Position numbers and translations under genes: made by a program. 64,000 nt of DNA from positions 62,001-126,000 of the forward strand of contig JAANOX010000097.1 in the NCBI GenBank assembly GCA_020184695.1. The letters are read 5' to 3'. Shown here piece by piece: positions 1-11,613 of the stretch. This DNA comes from Histomonas meleagridis 2922-C6/04-290x. Lineage: Eukaryota > Protista > Parabasalia. The stretch's first letter is position 1; each line of letters starts with the position of its first letter. The notes beneath the pieces were generated by a model, which saw only the letters and a list, made by a program, of their open reading frames with translations, searched no databases and was not told the DNA's origin.

Positions 1-169
1 AGCTACGATATCAAATCTTTTTTGATCTTTTTTTTTGTCAATTCAGTATTTTTAAATTGCATAGCAATGACCATTAATAAAAACATTCATATTTTTAATG
101 TTTTATCCGGAGAATTAAAATTCAATACAGCTCGTTGCGGTTGGTTTTGTAGTGTGCGGGGCTAAATAT

Positions 170-310
170 CTCAAAAAGTGACTCGTGCAAAAGTAAATCT
201 CCTCCACTCAAAACAAAGTAGCTAACCAGACAAACAGAATACCCAAAAAGTGACGTTTGCAAAAGTAAATATCCAAAAAAGTGACGCGTGCATAACAAAA
301 TAGCTTGCAA
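170..310. repeat. Left array of short motifs (AAAAGTGAC, TGCAAAAGTAAAT, CAAAACAAAGTA); imperfect inverted copy at about 3330-3530
   Basis: AAAAGTGACGCGTGCA, TGCAAAAGTAAAT and CAAAACAAAGTA occur here, and their reverse complements occur at about 3380-3460 with similar spacing. Confidence 0.6.
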
Positions 311-385
311 AAAAAAAAAAAAAAAAAATAAATATCCAATATTTGTGAATAAATATTAATGTATTTTTATTTTATCTGAAATTTT

Positions 386-1265
386 ATGTCACAAATGAAT
401 TCGTCTGCAGAATCGACTTGGGGACCCAATGATAATTTGGAAAATGTTCCTAATGGTATTATTAATTTTGGAAACACATGTTATCTTAATTGTTTTTTAC
501 AGATGATATTACATCGTCCTCCAATTTCAGAAACTATCAAAAAAATACCTGCATCAGATTTTAGTTCTACATTTTCAATAAAATTCAAAAAATTATTTGA
601 AACATTGAACAATGAAAAAGATCATTCAACTGAATTATCCGATATTATTAACACAATGTCAGAAGAGTTTTCGATTAAATTAAATAGTCAGCAGATTTCT
701 TTGAAATTTTGGATTTAATTATTGAAAAACTCTTCAAATGAATCAAAAATTTATTCATCACTTCACTTTATTCTGTTGAAAGAACAAAAAAATTAAAAAC
801 AAATACAACAAAAAATGATATTTTAGAAATTCCATTATGCCCGAATGGAAAAAGCAAAAAAAGTGTGAAATCATTATTGAAAGAATATTTTCACACAAAA
901 AACATAACAGCAGAAAAAAAATTTATGAAACGAAATTAATCACAACTTATTCAATAATTCAATTACTTTCTATTGCACCTTTATATCAAAATTGTAATTT
1001 TGATAATGATCCTTTTAAAATTTATATAATACTTAAAATGTCTAAATTTAGTTTATATAATTTGAAAACAATAAAATTTGTTTTACGTGGAGTTATATAT
1101 CATTCAAATAATATTAACATAGGGCATTATACAATTTTACTCCTTATTAATCACAAATGGTACTATTTTAATGATGCGAGTGTAAAACATATCAATTCTT
1201 TAAATGACATTGATGATGATGAACTAACATTACCAAGTTCGATAAAATATGTATTGTTGGTTTAA
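386..1265 (+). pseudogene. Ubiquitin-specific protease (USP/UCH, peptidase C19) pseudogene
   Basis: Cys box GIINFGNTCYLNCFLQ in ORF 386-718; His box GVIYHSNNINIGHY and WYYFND in ORF 837-1265; stops and frameshift between them. Confidence 0.8.
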
Positions 1266-1367
1266 TTCACGTTAAATCAAAAAATTTGGATGATTTTTAT
1301 CCAATGGTTTGGGAGTTAGAAGAATGTACTAATTCAATTCAACCAATAGATATTAATAATTCAAAAA

Positions 1368-1610
1368 ATGAAGATATATTCATTTCCACATGGAAGTCTT
1401 GAAGTATTGAATGCTGTAGTTAAAGAAAATATTCAAAGATATATTGAAAATGCGCCTTCATTAAGAAGTTTAGCAGTTCCAACCAGAGAAATTAAAGCAG
1501 TACAATTCAATCCTACACCATTCAGAAAAACAAAAAAAAGTTCAGATACAAATAAAACGAAAAAAGTAAATACAAATGGAAATGAAAGGGGAAAAAAGAA
1601 CTACAATTGA
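1368..1610 (+). CDS. Small hypothetical ORF between the USP and transposase remnants, possibly a fragment
   Basis: 80-aa ORF with no recognisable motif; overlaps the reconstructed transposase start. Confidence 0.25.
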   Translation: MKIYSFPHGSLEVLNAVVKENIQRYIENAPSLRSLAVPTREIKAVQFNPTPFRKTKKSSDTNKTKKVNTNGNERGKKNYN

Positions 1611-2601
1611 ACAAAGAAAGAAATTATTGGATCTATTCGATACTTATCATGATGATCAAACTGCTTTATGATATTCTGCTAATACATGGATAAGAATTAA
1701 TAATTGTATGAGATTATTGAGAAAAATTCGACTAGGAGAGGATATAATAACTCAAGTTCATAAGGGTGGAAGAAAGAGAAAAATTGATTACGAATATGGA
1801 AAAATATTAACTTTTTCTCTCAGAAAAAATCTGTTTATGAATTTAAAAGAAATGGGTGCTGACTATAAAAAAGCTAAAAATGAAGATATTTGTCCTTCTA
1901 CTATTCAGCGATACATTAAAAAGAAAACAATAGATGATAATTTACCGATTATTTCTTTCAAAAAGGCACAGAAAAGAACACTTGCCGCGAACACACTGGA
2001 AAATCAACAAATAAGAAAAAAGGCATGTAAAAAATCTATGCCCTACATTCAATCAGGATATGATAGGGTGTGTGTTAATGAAACATCATTCGAGGTGGAT
2101 TACATCGATGTAAGAGGTTGGGGTGAAGGATCATTAAGATATAAGAATTCTAAAACTATCAAAGGATTTCATGGTACTGCTCTATTCGCAATTAGTTCGA
2201 CTGGTATGCAATATTGTTTATTTATTAGAGGATTTGTAACAGGTGAGATATTTGACACTTCCCTTATATATCTACTCAAATAAATACATTTTAAAGAAAA
2301 TCATGTGTTTTGGATAAACAATGCATCAATTCACAAACATGCTGAAGAAATGTTAAGTGGAACAAATCACAAAGTAGTTTATAATGCTGCTTATTCTTCA
2401 GATTTAAATCCAATCGAAAATGTAATAGGAATATGAAAAGAATTAGTTCGAAAAACAGTAATTAAATTCGATGATGAATCAGAAATCATAGAGTTAATTG
2501 CAAAAACATTCGGGCAAGTTCATGTCGCAGATATACGAGTAGCAATGGAACATGTTAGATATGATGCATTTCATAAAGTTCAAAATGTAGAAGACCTGTA
2601 A
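1576..2601 (+). mobile_element. IS630-Tc1-mariner superfamily transposase pseudogene
   Basis: One frame from ATG 1576 to TAA 2601 with three internal stops; GGRKRK linker, degenerate catalytic motifs VNET (from DET), NNASIH (from DNA.IH), AYSSDLNPIEN. Confidence 0.8.
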
Positions 2602-2903
2602 TAGAAAAAATAAAATAAAAATAAAAAAATAAACAAATTAATAAAAAAAAAATAAATAACTATTGGGAGGGGAGAGATAAGATTATTAAATGAATATTGA
2701 ATAAACAATTGCTAGGGGAAAATTTTATTGATGTTTTTACTTCATTATTCCATATTTTTGAATTGAAATTACTATCAAAATTTTTAATAGAATTCTATAT
2801 CATTATGAAAAAAATTTATGCTAATAATGTCAATTTTCACGAATCTAAAAAATGAAAAAAAAAAAAATTCAGATCAATTCAACTAAAAATGAAAAAACAA
2901 AAA

Positions 2904-3000
2904 CGCCGTGACTCGAATCAAAGATGGCCAAATAGGGGACGAATAATGTTCCCTATTTCCCACCCAAGTAGCCTAATCAATTAGACTACTTCACCCCTAC
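2904..3000 (-). ncRNA. Candidate structured small RNA (two hairpins, A-box/B-box-like motifs, downstream T tract)
   Basis: GC-rich island; stems 2966-2977/2980-2991 and 2930-2937/2951-2958; TAGTCTAATTG and GATTCGAGTC on the minus strand followed by a T-rich run; not a canonical cloverleaf. Confidence 0.3.
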
Positions 3001-3329
3001 AAATAAATTGTAAAATATGTATAATATAACGTTTGATGTACATTACACATGTAAACTCTGTAAATATATATTTAAATATATATAATGCATAATTCATGCG
3101 ATTTATTTTTGAATGATAATAAAAAGTGACGAGAAATATTTCATCACAAATAAAGCAGAAAGAAGTGAAAATATTTCAATTGATGACTGTTTCACAATAC
3201 TCAGTTAAAATTGAGTCACATTCCTACAAACTTTAGATAAATAATTAAAAAACAATTTATTTATTCATCAAAATCCATATGTCCTCATTTTGTGTTGTAA
3301 ACTTTTTAAAATATAAATATTTAATTTTG

Positions 3330-3530
3330 CTAGCGGGATACCCTGTTTTTCTGCCTGTTTGTAAACATTTCAATTTTGGGTATTTACTTTTGTCTCAGAG
3401 GTATTTTGTTTGCACGCGTCACTTTTCCGATACTTTGTTTTGAAATCAATGGATTTACTTTTGCATTTGAAGTAATCGGTTTTGCAGACGGTTTGTAAAC
3501 TTGTCAATTTCGGATATTTTGTTTTGCTGA
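3330..3530. repeat. Right inverted motif array matching 170-310
   Basis: TGCACGCGTCACTTTT, ATTTACTTTTGCA and TACTTTGTTTTG are reverse complements of the left-array motifs. Confidence 0.6.
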
Positions 3531-3982
3531 ACTTATAAAATCCAACATGTTGGAAGTTTACTTTTCTTATTCCTCAGATGATGAAGGTTTGCGGGAGTTA
3601 CCACGGGTAAATTTGACTCTAAAATCTTTCACATGGGGAGAAACGATTCCTCTTCAAAATTATGATAGATTTAAATCTTCATATCGTATACCATTTGTTT
3701 ATACTAACAACTTGGAATTATATATCTTTAGTTATTTTTCAGATATTGTTAAGGTTAATCTTGAATTAACTAGAAAAATGTAATAAAATTCTAACTTATG
3801 AATTTACTTATTGCAACCATCCGTATCAATTCACATTAAGGTATTGTCGTCCATCAGCAAATTTCCCCATTGATCCAAAATACAAAAGTTACGATTATAT
3901 TTTTTCTTATCTTACGTATTTCCCAGCTTCCATAGTTCAACCAGTTACCTTACTTTCTTATGTACTTGATTTAAATTCACCT

Positions 3983-5044
3983 ATGTCTATAACATGCTAT
4001 CCACCAAGATACAATGTTTTTTGTGACCCACCGCGCTCAAATAAAAACATATTTCTTGGTCCATCAGGTCCTACTAATCTCTTCAAATTTACAACGAGTA
4101 GCATTTCACACATTTCACAAGATTTCATGATATTTTTCTTTGCATCTTCCTCCAGTAGTTACACCGGAGATGTTACTCTTAACTTTTTAGGTGCTCCTTA
4201 TGATGGGGTTCATGAATCCGAACTCAAACAAGTTGGTAAACTCAGTAAATATAAAATCATATCAACATCCACAGTCGAAATTACACCGGAACACTTTGTA
4301 ATATTTCCCAAATATTTACATGTCAGAAACAAAAAACGATCATTTGAAACAATTAATATTAATAACCCAAATTCATTTACATCATTTAAAGAAGCAGTTC
4401 AATATGTTGCAACAATCGTTTCACAACCGAACAAAAGATTTAATTTTCGATATTACATTAACAGGAATTCTCCGATGACATTATATTCTCTATGTCGATA
4501 TCATCGAGTCGAAATCCCCGAAATATTAAACATTCGAATAACTCGTAAATTTTCTAATATAGAATTATGTTGTGTTCTTTATGAAGAAAAACAAGGAAAA
4601 TTAGTTCCATTTTTTGGGAAAATAGATAACGTAATTAAATCTTCAAAAGTTTCATGGTGGCGTTCTGATGTGACAATGCTTTCGATTAAATTAAATGAAA
4701 TCCCAAACAAAATAAATGTTGTTTCCGTTTTTGCAAGGCCTACCAATTGGTATGATTATATGTCGGGTTTGACCAGTGTTGGACAAATTTTATTGTCGGA
4801 TGGAAAAGATGGCTTAGAGTTGTGCTGTTACGAATTCCAAAATAACGCAATGTGTTTAATCATTTTTGGTTTGTTGATGAGAAACAAAGAAAAGAATTGG
4901 AATTTTTACACGTGTTTAAATTGCATAAGTGGAAGTTGGGAATTAATTTATGAGCAATGCGTTCAATATGTGACAAAATATGTAAATGATAACGAAGTGA
5001 TTACGTGTTTGCTACAGCGGGATGATTATGACATAATGAGTTAA
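3983..5044 (+). CDS. Protein with C-terminal TerD-like domain; frame stays open upstream to 3770 and probably joins ORF 3547-3783 across a frame break
   Basis: IELCCVLY...LSIKLNEIP...IIFGLLMRNKEKNWNF resembles the TerD-family pattern DLS.VL / V.L..vP / al.lGeLyR....WkF. Confidence 0.5.
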   Translation: MSITCYPPRYNVFCDPPRSNKNIFLGPSGPTNLFKFTTSSISHISQDFMIFFFASSSSSYTGDVTLNFLGAPYDGVHESELKQVGKLSKYKIISTSTVEITPEHFVIFPKYLHVRNKKRSFETININNPNSFTSFKEAVQYVATIVSQPNKRFNFRYYINRNSPMTLYSLCRYHRVEIPEILNIRITRKFSNIELCCVLYEEKQGKLVPFFGKIDNVIKSSKVSWWRSDVTMLSIKLNEIPNKINVVSVFARPTNWYDYMSGLTSVGQILLSDGKDGLELCCYEFQNNAMCLIIFGLLMRNKEKNWNFYTCLNCISGSWELIYEQCVQYVTKYVNDNEVITCLLQRDDYDIMS

Positions 5045-6308
5045 TACGATTAAACAACGATCAAAAAGTGGAATATTGTGAAATATTTAATCGTTTTGGA
5101 ATTTGTTTATGTTTATGAATTAATGTGAAATAATATCATTGAAATGCTTTTTTGAAGAGATTTTCATTTTCAACAATTTCCTATCTATTCCAATTGTAAA
5201 AGTTGAAATCTTATGTGTTTTTGGATATAATTATCTGGAACAAAGTTCATTATATAATTCTTTCAAGCAATTCATCGTAGACAGTTTTTCACAACATTTT
5301 TATGAGGATAAGTCTCTTACTAACTCCTTGATGTATGAATCCATTGGCCTATGATATACAAATACAGAAATGAAAAATAAAATTCACGAGATGATTAATC
5401 TCTGATATTTGAAAAGCCTTAATTAATATCATGATGATATTTATATTTTTTTTAATTCATTTTATTTATAATAATGTAACCATTGATAATTTAATTTGAA
5501 AAAGTTCTTCACCTGCTCCAAAATTGATAGTTCAATTAATTAACAAAATTTGTTTAATATTATATAAATAAATATATAATCGATATTTTTTAGAGGTTTT
5601 ATTTAATGAAATAGTTGCTGTTTATTGGGTTATTCGATTCAAAAGAAAATCTTTCAGATCAAACAAATTTCTTAATAGAATGGAGATGTGAATTATGTTA
5701 TAATCGATTAATATGAAAGAATTTTAGGATAAAGGTAAAGAAAGAAAATATTTTATTAATTTATCAAATAATTTTTAACAAACCAAAATCAAAATATCAT
5801 TGATCAATTCATTTCTTTTCTCATCATACAAAACTTGTGTGTTTCCCAATTCGTTACTGCTTTAGTTCATCCATGCATAAATGATCTTGATAAAATATAT
5901 TTCCTATTTCAAATTTTAGCTCTGTTGTTTTTCATAGTATATATATGTATATAAAATGAAGTCAGTTCAAATTATTCATAACAATTTCTGAGTAAAAAAT
6001 TAAAATATTTCTATATGGAAAAATATATGCAGTAAAAAGTGTCACAATAGTGTTTACATGTTCGAATTCACCAAATCAACGTTAATGAATTTCAAGCTTT
6101 ATTATGACCAATTCATATATCATGGATTTTTCTTATTATTCCATTCTTTCCATATTTTTGTCAATACTCCAGTTTTTGAATATAAATCTGATGATTTTTC
6201 ATTCATTTGATCCTATCGTTATACTAAAACGTTATAACTTTTTGAACGCGCACTTTTTTATCATGATGTGGTTTTTTATTTTGATGCATAAAGATCTTTC
6301 ATAATCAA

Positions 6309-7004
6309 ATGAAGCGAACAATGCGCAACGACGAAAACAGATCTCCGAATGAGCAAAAGGAAGCAATTATTGAAAAACAGGATCAACAAATTGCCCATCT
6401 TAAAGAACAAATAATGAAACTTCAAAATCAACATTACAGGGTTAGAGCTGAGTCATCTTTACAAATGGCTGAATTAAAGAAGAAACTTGATAATACTAGA
6501 AAGAAGGCAGCTTTATTTCAACAAAAAATTGAAGAAATTCGGAATATCCAAACGAATATCCAAAATGAGGAAATTGCTAACGAAATAATTGAGAACATTT
6601 GGACAATTCTTATTAATTATCGAAAGGAATTATTCCAAAAAGAGGAAGAATATGTTCCGCCACCAAAAATTAAAAAAGTTTCCAAGACACGAAAGCAAGT
6701 TCAAGACACCCCTGCCCCATTTGATTCTCCAGACATTACTGACATTATGGACACTCCTACAACACCATCAATTCAAGAAACACAAGCATTCGATAGCATT
6801 GCTTCAAGGAGAACCAGAAGAAAATCCACTAAAAATGTATACTATAAAGAACCCACTCTTAAGGAAATGCTATCTCCAGGTAGTGCTTATGCATTTTCAA
6901 TTGAAGATGGAATGGGAACTCCCACACTTCCACCAAATTACACTCGCGATACTCCAGTCTCAACACGAAAGAAAAGGCGGACTCGGAGCCAAGCTTTTGC
7001 ATGA
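6309..7004 (+). CDS. Shugoshin-like protein
   Basis: N-terminal coiled coil plus basic C-terminal motif RRTRRKSTKNVYYKEPTL matching the SGO motif. Confidence 0.6.
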   Translation: MKRTMRNDENRSPNEQKEAIIEKQDQQIAHLKEQIMKLQNQHYRVRAESSLQMAELKKKLDNTRKKAALFQQKIEEIRNIQTNIQNEEIANEIIENIWTILINYRKELFQKEEEYVPPPKIKKVSKTRKQVQDTPAPFDSPDITDIMDTPTTPSIQETQAFDSIASRRTRRKSTKNVYYKEPTLKEMLSPGSAYAFSIEDGMGTPTLPPNYTRDTPVSTRKKRRTRSQAFA

Positions 7005-7178
7005 TTAACAAATATATTTTTAATTCATAAAACCATTTTTTTATTAATTATTTTTCAAAATAAACATATTTTATTAATAACATTTCCTAAAAATTTGCAT
7101 TTTTAACACATAATCACTCCGCAAAATCCCGAAAAAGTATAATGCGACCGTTAACATAATATTATTTCATTTTTCATT

Positions 7179-8366
7179 TTAAATAATTTTAGTACAAACA
7201 CATGTGAAAAATATCATAACTAAAATAAGGAGAATAATAAATGCAAAAATAATCAGAAACAAGAAACCAGATGATTCGAAATCATTTGGCGTTAGCTTGA
7301 ATGTTTCAAACAGTGGTAAGATCTCATCAAGAATTTCTTGATATCTAGTGCTTATATCCATGCTTTTCTTGCAATTTGTAGTGATCACATTTGGAGTACC
7401 AAATTCGGACGGCACTTTTACAACCGCTTTGTTAACGTCTTCCTCAAAAGTGCAAATTTTTACTGATGCGTTTAAACTTCCGAAAAATACTAAAGCGGGG
7501 ACTATTACTTGGTTATCATCCCTATTGCTAGGGAATTTAGACGAAATTATGGCTGCAGGTTGAGATTCACTTGTGATGGTAATTAATCCTGTTTCGTTAT
7601 CAATTTGATCACAATTATTGTTAATGAATTCTGTATTTCGAATCTTAACATCACTGTCAAACGTTTCGATGCATTTACCGTTTTCTGCTCTGTTTCCAAT
7701 AAAAGCACTTTCGTGTATATTTAAAGTAGAATTTATCGAACATATGGCAGAAGTTTGGTCTATGACCCAGTTAAATGCAAATATACATTTCTGGATGATC
7801 ATTTCAGAGTTTTGGGCTTGGATTGCTCCAGCATATTCGGCAGCATTACCTGTGAAATTTGATTGATAAATAAAGAATTGAGAAAAATATGATGCAATGC
7901 TTCCAGCATTATGTGAGTTACAGTTTTCAAATGCTGATTTTGTAATGACAAATGTTGAATTATGAGCAAATATTGCTCCGCCTGGTGATTTTGAAGAAAT
8001 ATCGAAAAATGTACAGTTTTCAATCTCAACTTTTGCATCGTCAATTATTATTTTTTTAGAAAATTCTTTGTTAACAATAACACTTGATTGAAAATGTTGG
8101 AAATTTGATGAAAGTAATTGAAGATTTAATTTTTCGCCGTATAGTAAAGGGACACTTGAATCTTTAATATTGAGATTTTTAAGTTTTAGTGTTGAAATTG
8201 AAAATTTTGGAAGTGAAAGAATCAATGGTGATTTTTGATAAATAAAAGAATAAGTTTTATGAAATTCAATTGATGCATTTTTAAATTTTATTAATGAAAT
8301 CATTCTTTGGAAATTAATGGCATTTCCAAAAAAGAGAAAACAAAAGAACATCTTCAGAAGACACAA
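7179..8366 (-). CDS. Pmp-like (polymorphic membrane protein) surface protein
   Basis: Signal-like N-terminus, repeated GGAI/GAI and FxxN motifs, C-terminal hydrophobic TM segment. Confidence 0.7.
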   Translation of the reverse strand: MCLLKMFFCFLFFGNAINFQRMISLIKFKNASIEFHKTYSFIYQKSPLILSLPKFSISTLKLKNLNIKDSSVPLLYGEKLNLQLLSSNFQHFQSSVIVNKEFSKKIIIDDAKVEIENCTFFDISSKSPGGAIFAHNSTFVITKSAFENCNSHNAGSIASYFSQFFIYQSNFTGNAAEYAGAIQAQNSEMIIQKCIFAFNWVIDQTSAICSINSTLNIHESAFIGNRAENGKCIETFDSDVKIRNTEFINNNCDQIDNETGLITITSESQPAAIISSKFPSNRDDNQVIVPALVFFGSLNASVKICTFEEDVNKAVVKVPSEFGTPNVITTNCKKSMDISTRYQEILDEILPLFETFKLTPNDFESSGFLFLIIFAFIILLILVMIFFTCVCTKII

Positions 8367-8499
8367 AATAATTGAAAGTCAAAAAACTGACAAAAATATT
8401 TTAATTCAAAAAAATTTTTCTTTTTCTTTCTGCTTCTAATTTGATCTTAGATAGTTTAAAAAACAAATAAAACTTTATACTTTATAAACATATTCTAAA

Positions 8500-11400
8500 T
8501 TAAAATTTTGCCTTTTGTCTAATTCGACAAAGTAATCCGAGCACATTTTGCCAATGATGTTCCACAAACGACTCTATTTGAGCTATTGAATTTCTTTGCA
8601 AGCAGCCAATTGCATCCAAGAAGTCGCTACTTACGAAGCAAAACTTTTCAAGTTCAAATTTCCTTGGTACTGTCAATCCAAACTCTACGCAACACATCTG
8701 TCTAGTTATTAACTCTGTTTTTTCCAACAAAGCGAAATCATCTTCGTTTTCAACCAATAATATTGCACCAATTTGCCCCAACAACGTTGTATAAAACAAA
8801 ACGTTTTCATTTGGTGATTTCATGAAAGAAGTTATCGCTTCTGACACAGAGCAAGAAGCGATTTTTTCAAGTTGGGAAACATGTTGAGGGAATTCCACTC
8901 CCCTGTTGGGGGGCACCGAAAACCTCCATTGAAATTCAGGCGTTTTCAATTCGTCAGGAATTCTGAGTATAGAAATTTGACCGAATTTATCGCCAACCGC
9001 CACCAGTTCATCGTTTAATAAACACATTGCTGTTAATTGTCTTGGTTCAGGATCAATTGCGCAAGGCCTAATTATTCGAAATTGTTCATCATTCATAGTA
9101 TAGCCGAAGCACATGATTGATTGAGTCCTATCCCCAATCCAAACGAACTTATCAGAAATTTCAATGAAGGCGATTTGGGTGGGTGCAATTGCCAGGAACT
9201 TTTCAGAGAGGCACCAACGATCGTTTTCAATTTTTCTTAGCGTATACAAAAATTGACCTGCTCCGATGAGGATCAATTCATTTGTAACTTTTTGAAGTGC
9301 GTATGGTGGCATATTTAAATATATTTCAGCGATTGGCAAATCGATTTGTTTTACGTCTAAGAACTTCACTAATCCTGTATTATTTTGAGTAACTAAACCA
9401 ACCAAAACCAAATCTTCGACAATTGTTAATATTGAAATTGCAGCCATACCATTAGGTATTTTTATTGAGAATTTATTTAATGAATTATTTGTATCATTAT
9501 CATTCATCACCAATAGTTTTGAAGTTAATTCATTATTTTTCATACTTCTAATTATGGCTATAATAAATGAATCAGTAGTTACAACTTTTCTTGGTAAATA
9601 TTTTGTTAAAACGCATTTCGATGATAATTCAACATTTGAATCTGGTATTTGTATGAATGAAATAACATTCTTATTATCGATCATAAAGAAGTCATTTTCT
9701 TTATTTGTCAAACAAATTGCTTTTGGCTTCATTAAATCAAATGATAATATTGACATACCATTAAACAAGTAAATTTTGTTGGAAACTATCATGACATAAT
9801 CATTTAAAGCATATAACTCAGATGGGATATCATCGACGAATATATTCGCGCATGAATTAGAGAAATCATTACCAAGTGTCCACTTAATGACTGATCCTTG
9901 TTCAGTTGACACATAAATTTCCATAACTTCTTTCTGAAACACAATTGATTTCGCTCGTGATGTTAATTGCCCAACATAATCAGTAGGTTCTAAATCTATT
10001 GTATATAATGTAATTGTAGGATTACCTCCTTCAATTGGACATGATGCTATAGCTATATAATTGTTATCACAAAATGTTAATCCATGTACATCATATATTT
10101 GTTTTGTTCGAATTATATTTAACCCAATATCAAATAAGATGACGTTGTTATCTTCTAATGATATAATACAATAATTCTCATTAATTGAAGCTGTTCGAAT
10201 GATTGATGGAGATTTCCATATGTTCTCATTCTTTATTGTTATAATCCCTTCATTATATATTTGGACAATGTCACCATTAATAAATTGTCCAAATGCTAAT
10301 GTTTTAACATTTGTTAATATTTTTATATTATCATTATCATATAAACATTTCGTAATGTTTTTCGTTGCTGATGAAACAATTAATGAAATTCCATCGATAT
10401 AAAATAATGAGATTTCTTCATTGATATCAAACCCATTATTATTTAATGATTCTGTAGCTTTTTGATCAACGTTATAACTATAAGATACACTATTTTTATA
10501 TTTAGAAACAATATATCGTTTCTCATTGCCACCAGATGCAACTATCATCGAGCCATCATATAAAATTGCTGACGTAATTCGTGGCGTTAATGGTATAGAT
10601 GTACGTGGCAATAAATAAAAACCAACAGTCGCTTCACTCGCTAACATTGGAACAGATGAAAAATTGATCGGTAAGAAAAAACTATCACTTGTTTCAGACA
10701 CACATAAAAGTAAATTATTAGGTAAACAACAAAATGATGAGATTAATGGTAATGAACCTTTCGAGACCACTTTTCGATAATCCTCTGAAATGGCATAACA
10801 TTCGCCATCAACTAATTGGATAATTAATTCGCCTGCAATCGTGGTGAAATATGAATGGACTGAAGTCGGTAACGAGATAATACTTTGTTCGATGGGTTGA
10901 TCACCTTCTTCGTTTGGATCAGCCCATGTAATTAACATTGATGTAGCTGAAAAAATGGCAATCTTACTATAGCCTTCATCATTAAAGACTGAACAGATTG
11001 TAGTATAGTTGTCAGCTAATAAAATGCGCCTTGTCTCTTGTCCGATTTCAACATCAAAACTAATTAAATATTTGGCGTTCTGTGGTGTGGAGATAAGAAA
11101 AACAAAATCTCGTGGATTTTGTGTGGCAACAACCCCATGGATTAAAACATTAGGGAGCTTTAATAACTTTAGGCCACTTGGATTATCTTCCGAATCAAAT
11201 TGAACAATTATAACTTTCTCTGTAAAGCCTGAAAATACAATGTATTCACCATAACGAGAGACAGCAAAAAAAGCTGTGGGTATAGTGGATGGTGATAAAT
11301 CTGTGGTAAGAACGTGACGTGAGACTTGTGGAAAAGGTGGTGTCTTATCAAGCATTAAAAGGATTGCATCAGATGTAACAGCTGCAATTCGTTCCCCGAT

Positions 11401-11613
11401 AATACAACACCAAACAATAGGATTAAGAAGTGGATACGTGGCATTGGTAGATACATTAACTGATTGATGAGAATTATCTACTGATAATAATTGAGCATAA
11501 TTGCGGAAAATTAATAGAATGTTACATTCTTCACTTTTCTCGGATTCAAGAGAGATGCATTGGAGTATTTTCTGTGATTTTTGAATTGTTGTTTGGAGGA
11601 ACTTCAGTGGCAT
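8500..11613 (-). CDS. SF3B3: Splicing factor 3B subunit 3 (SAP130/Rse1)-like beta-propeller protein, DDB1/CPSF-A family
   Basis: 1037 aa; C-terminal WIGDRTQSI...DPEPRQLTAMCLL...VGDKFGQISILRIP matches the SF3B3/Rse1 pattern. Confidence 0.7.
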   Translation of the reverse strand: MPLKFLQTTIQKSQKILQCISLESEKSEECNILLIFRNYAQLLSVDNSHQSVNVSTNATYPLLNPIVWCCIIGERIAAVTSDAILLMLDKTPPFPQVSRHVLTTDLSPSTIPTAFFAVSRYGEYIVFSGFTEKVIIVQFDSEDNPSGLKLLKLPNVLIHGVVATQNPRDFVFLISTPQNAKYLISFDVEIGQETRRILLADNYTTICSVFNDEGYSKIAIFSATSMLITWADPNEEGDQPIEQSIISLPTSVHSYFTTIAGELIIQLVDGECYAISEDYRKVVSKGSLPLISSFCCLPNNLLLCVSETSDSFFLPINFSSVPMLASEATVGFYLLPRTSIPLTPRITSAILYDGSMIVASGGNEKRYIVSKYKNSVSYSYNVDQKATESLNNNGFDINEEISLFYIDGISLIVSSATKNITKCLYDNDNIKILTNVKTLAFGQFINGDIVQIYNEGIITIKNENIWKSPSIIRTASINENYCIISLEDNNVILFDIGLNIIRTKQIYDVHGLTFCDNNYIAIASCPIEGGNPTITLYTIDLEPTDYVGQLTSRAKSIVFQKEVMEIYVSTEQGSVIKWTLGNDFSNSCANIFVDDIPSELYALNDYVMIVSNKIYLFNGMSILSFDLMKPKAICLTNKENDFFMIDNKNVISFIQIPDSNVELSSKCVLTKYLPRKVVTTDSFIIAIIRSMKNNELTSKLLVMNDNDTNNSLNKFSIKIPNGMAAISILTIVEDLVLVGLVTQNNTGLVKFLDVKQIDLPIAEIYLNMPPYALQKVTNELILIGAGQFLYTLRKIENDRWCLSEKFLAIAPTQIAFIEISDKFVWIGDRTQSIMCFGYTMNDEQFRIIRPCAIDPEPRQLTAMCLLNDELVAVGDKFGQISILRIPDELKTPEFQWRFSVPPNRGVEFPQHVSQLEKIASCSVSEAITSFMKSPNENVLFYTTLLGQIGAILLVENEDDFALLEKTELITRQMCCVEFGLTVPRKFELEKFCFVSSDFLDAIGCLQRNSIAQIESFVEHHWQNVLGLLCRIRQKAKF

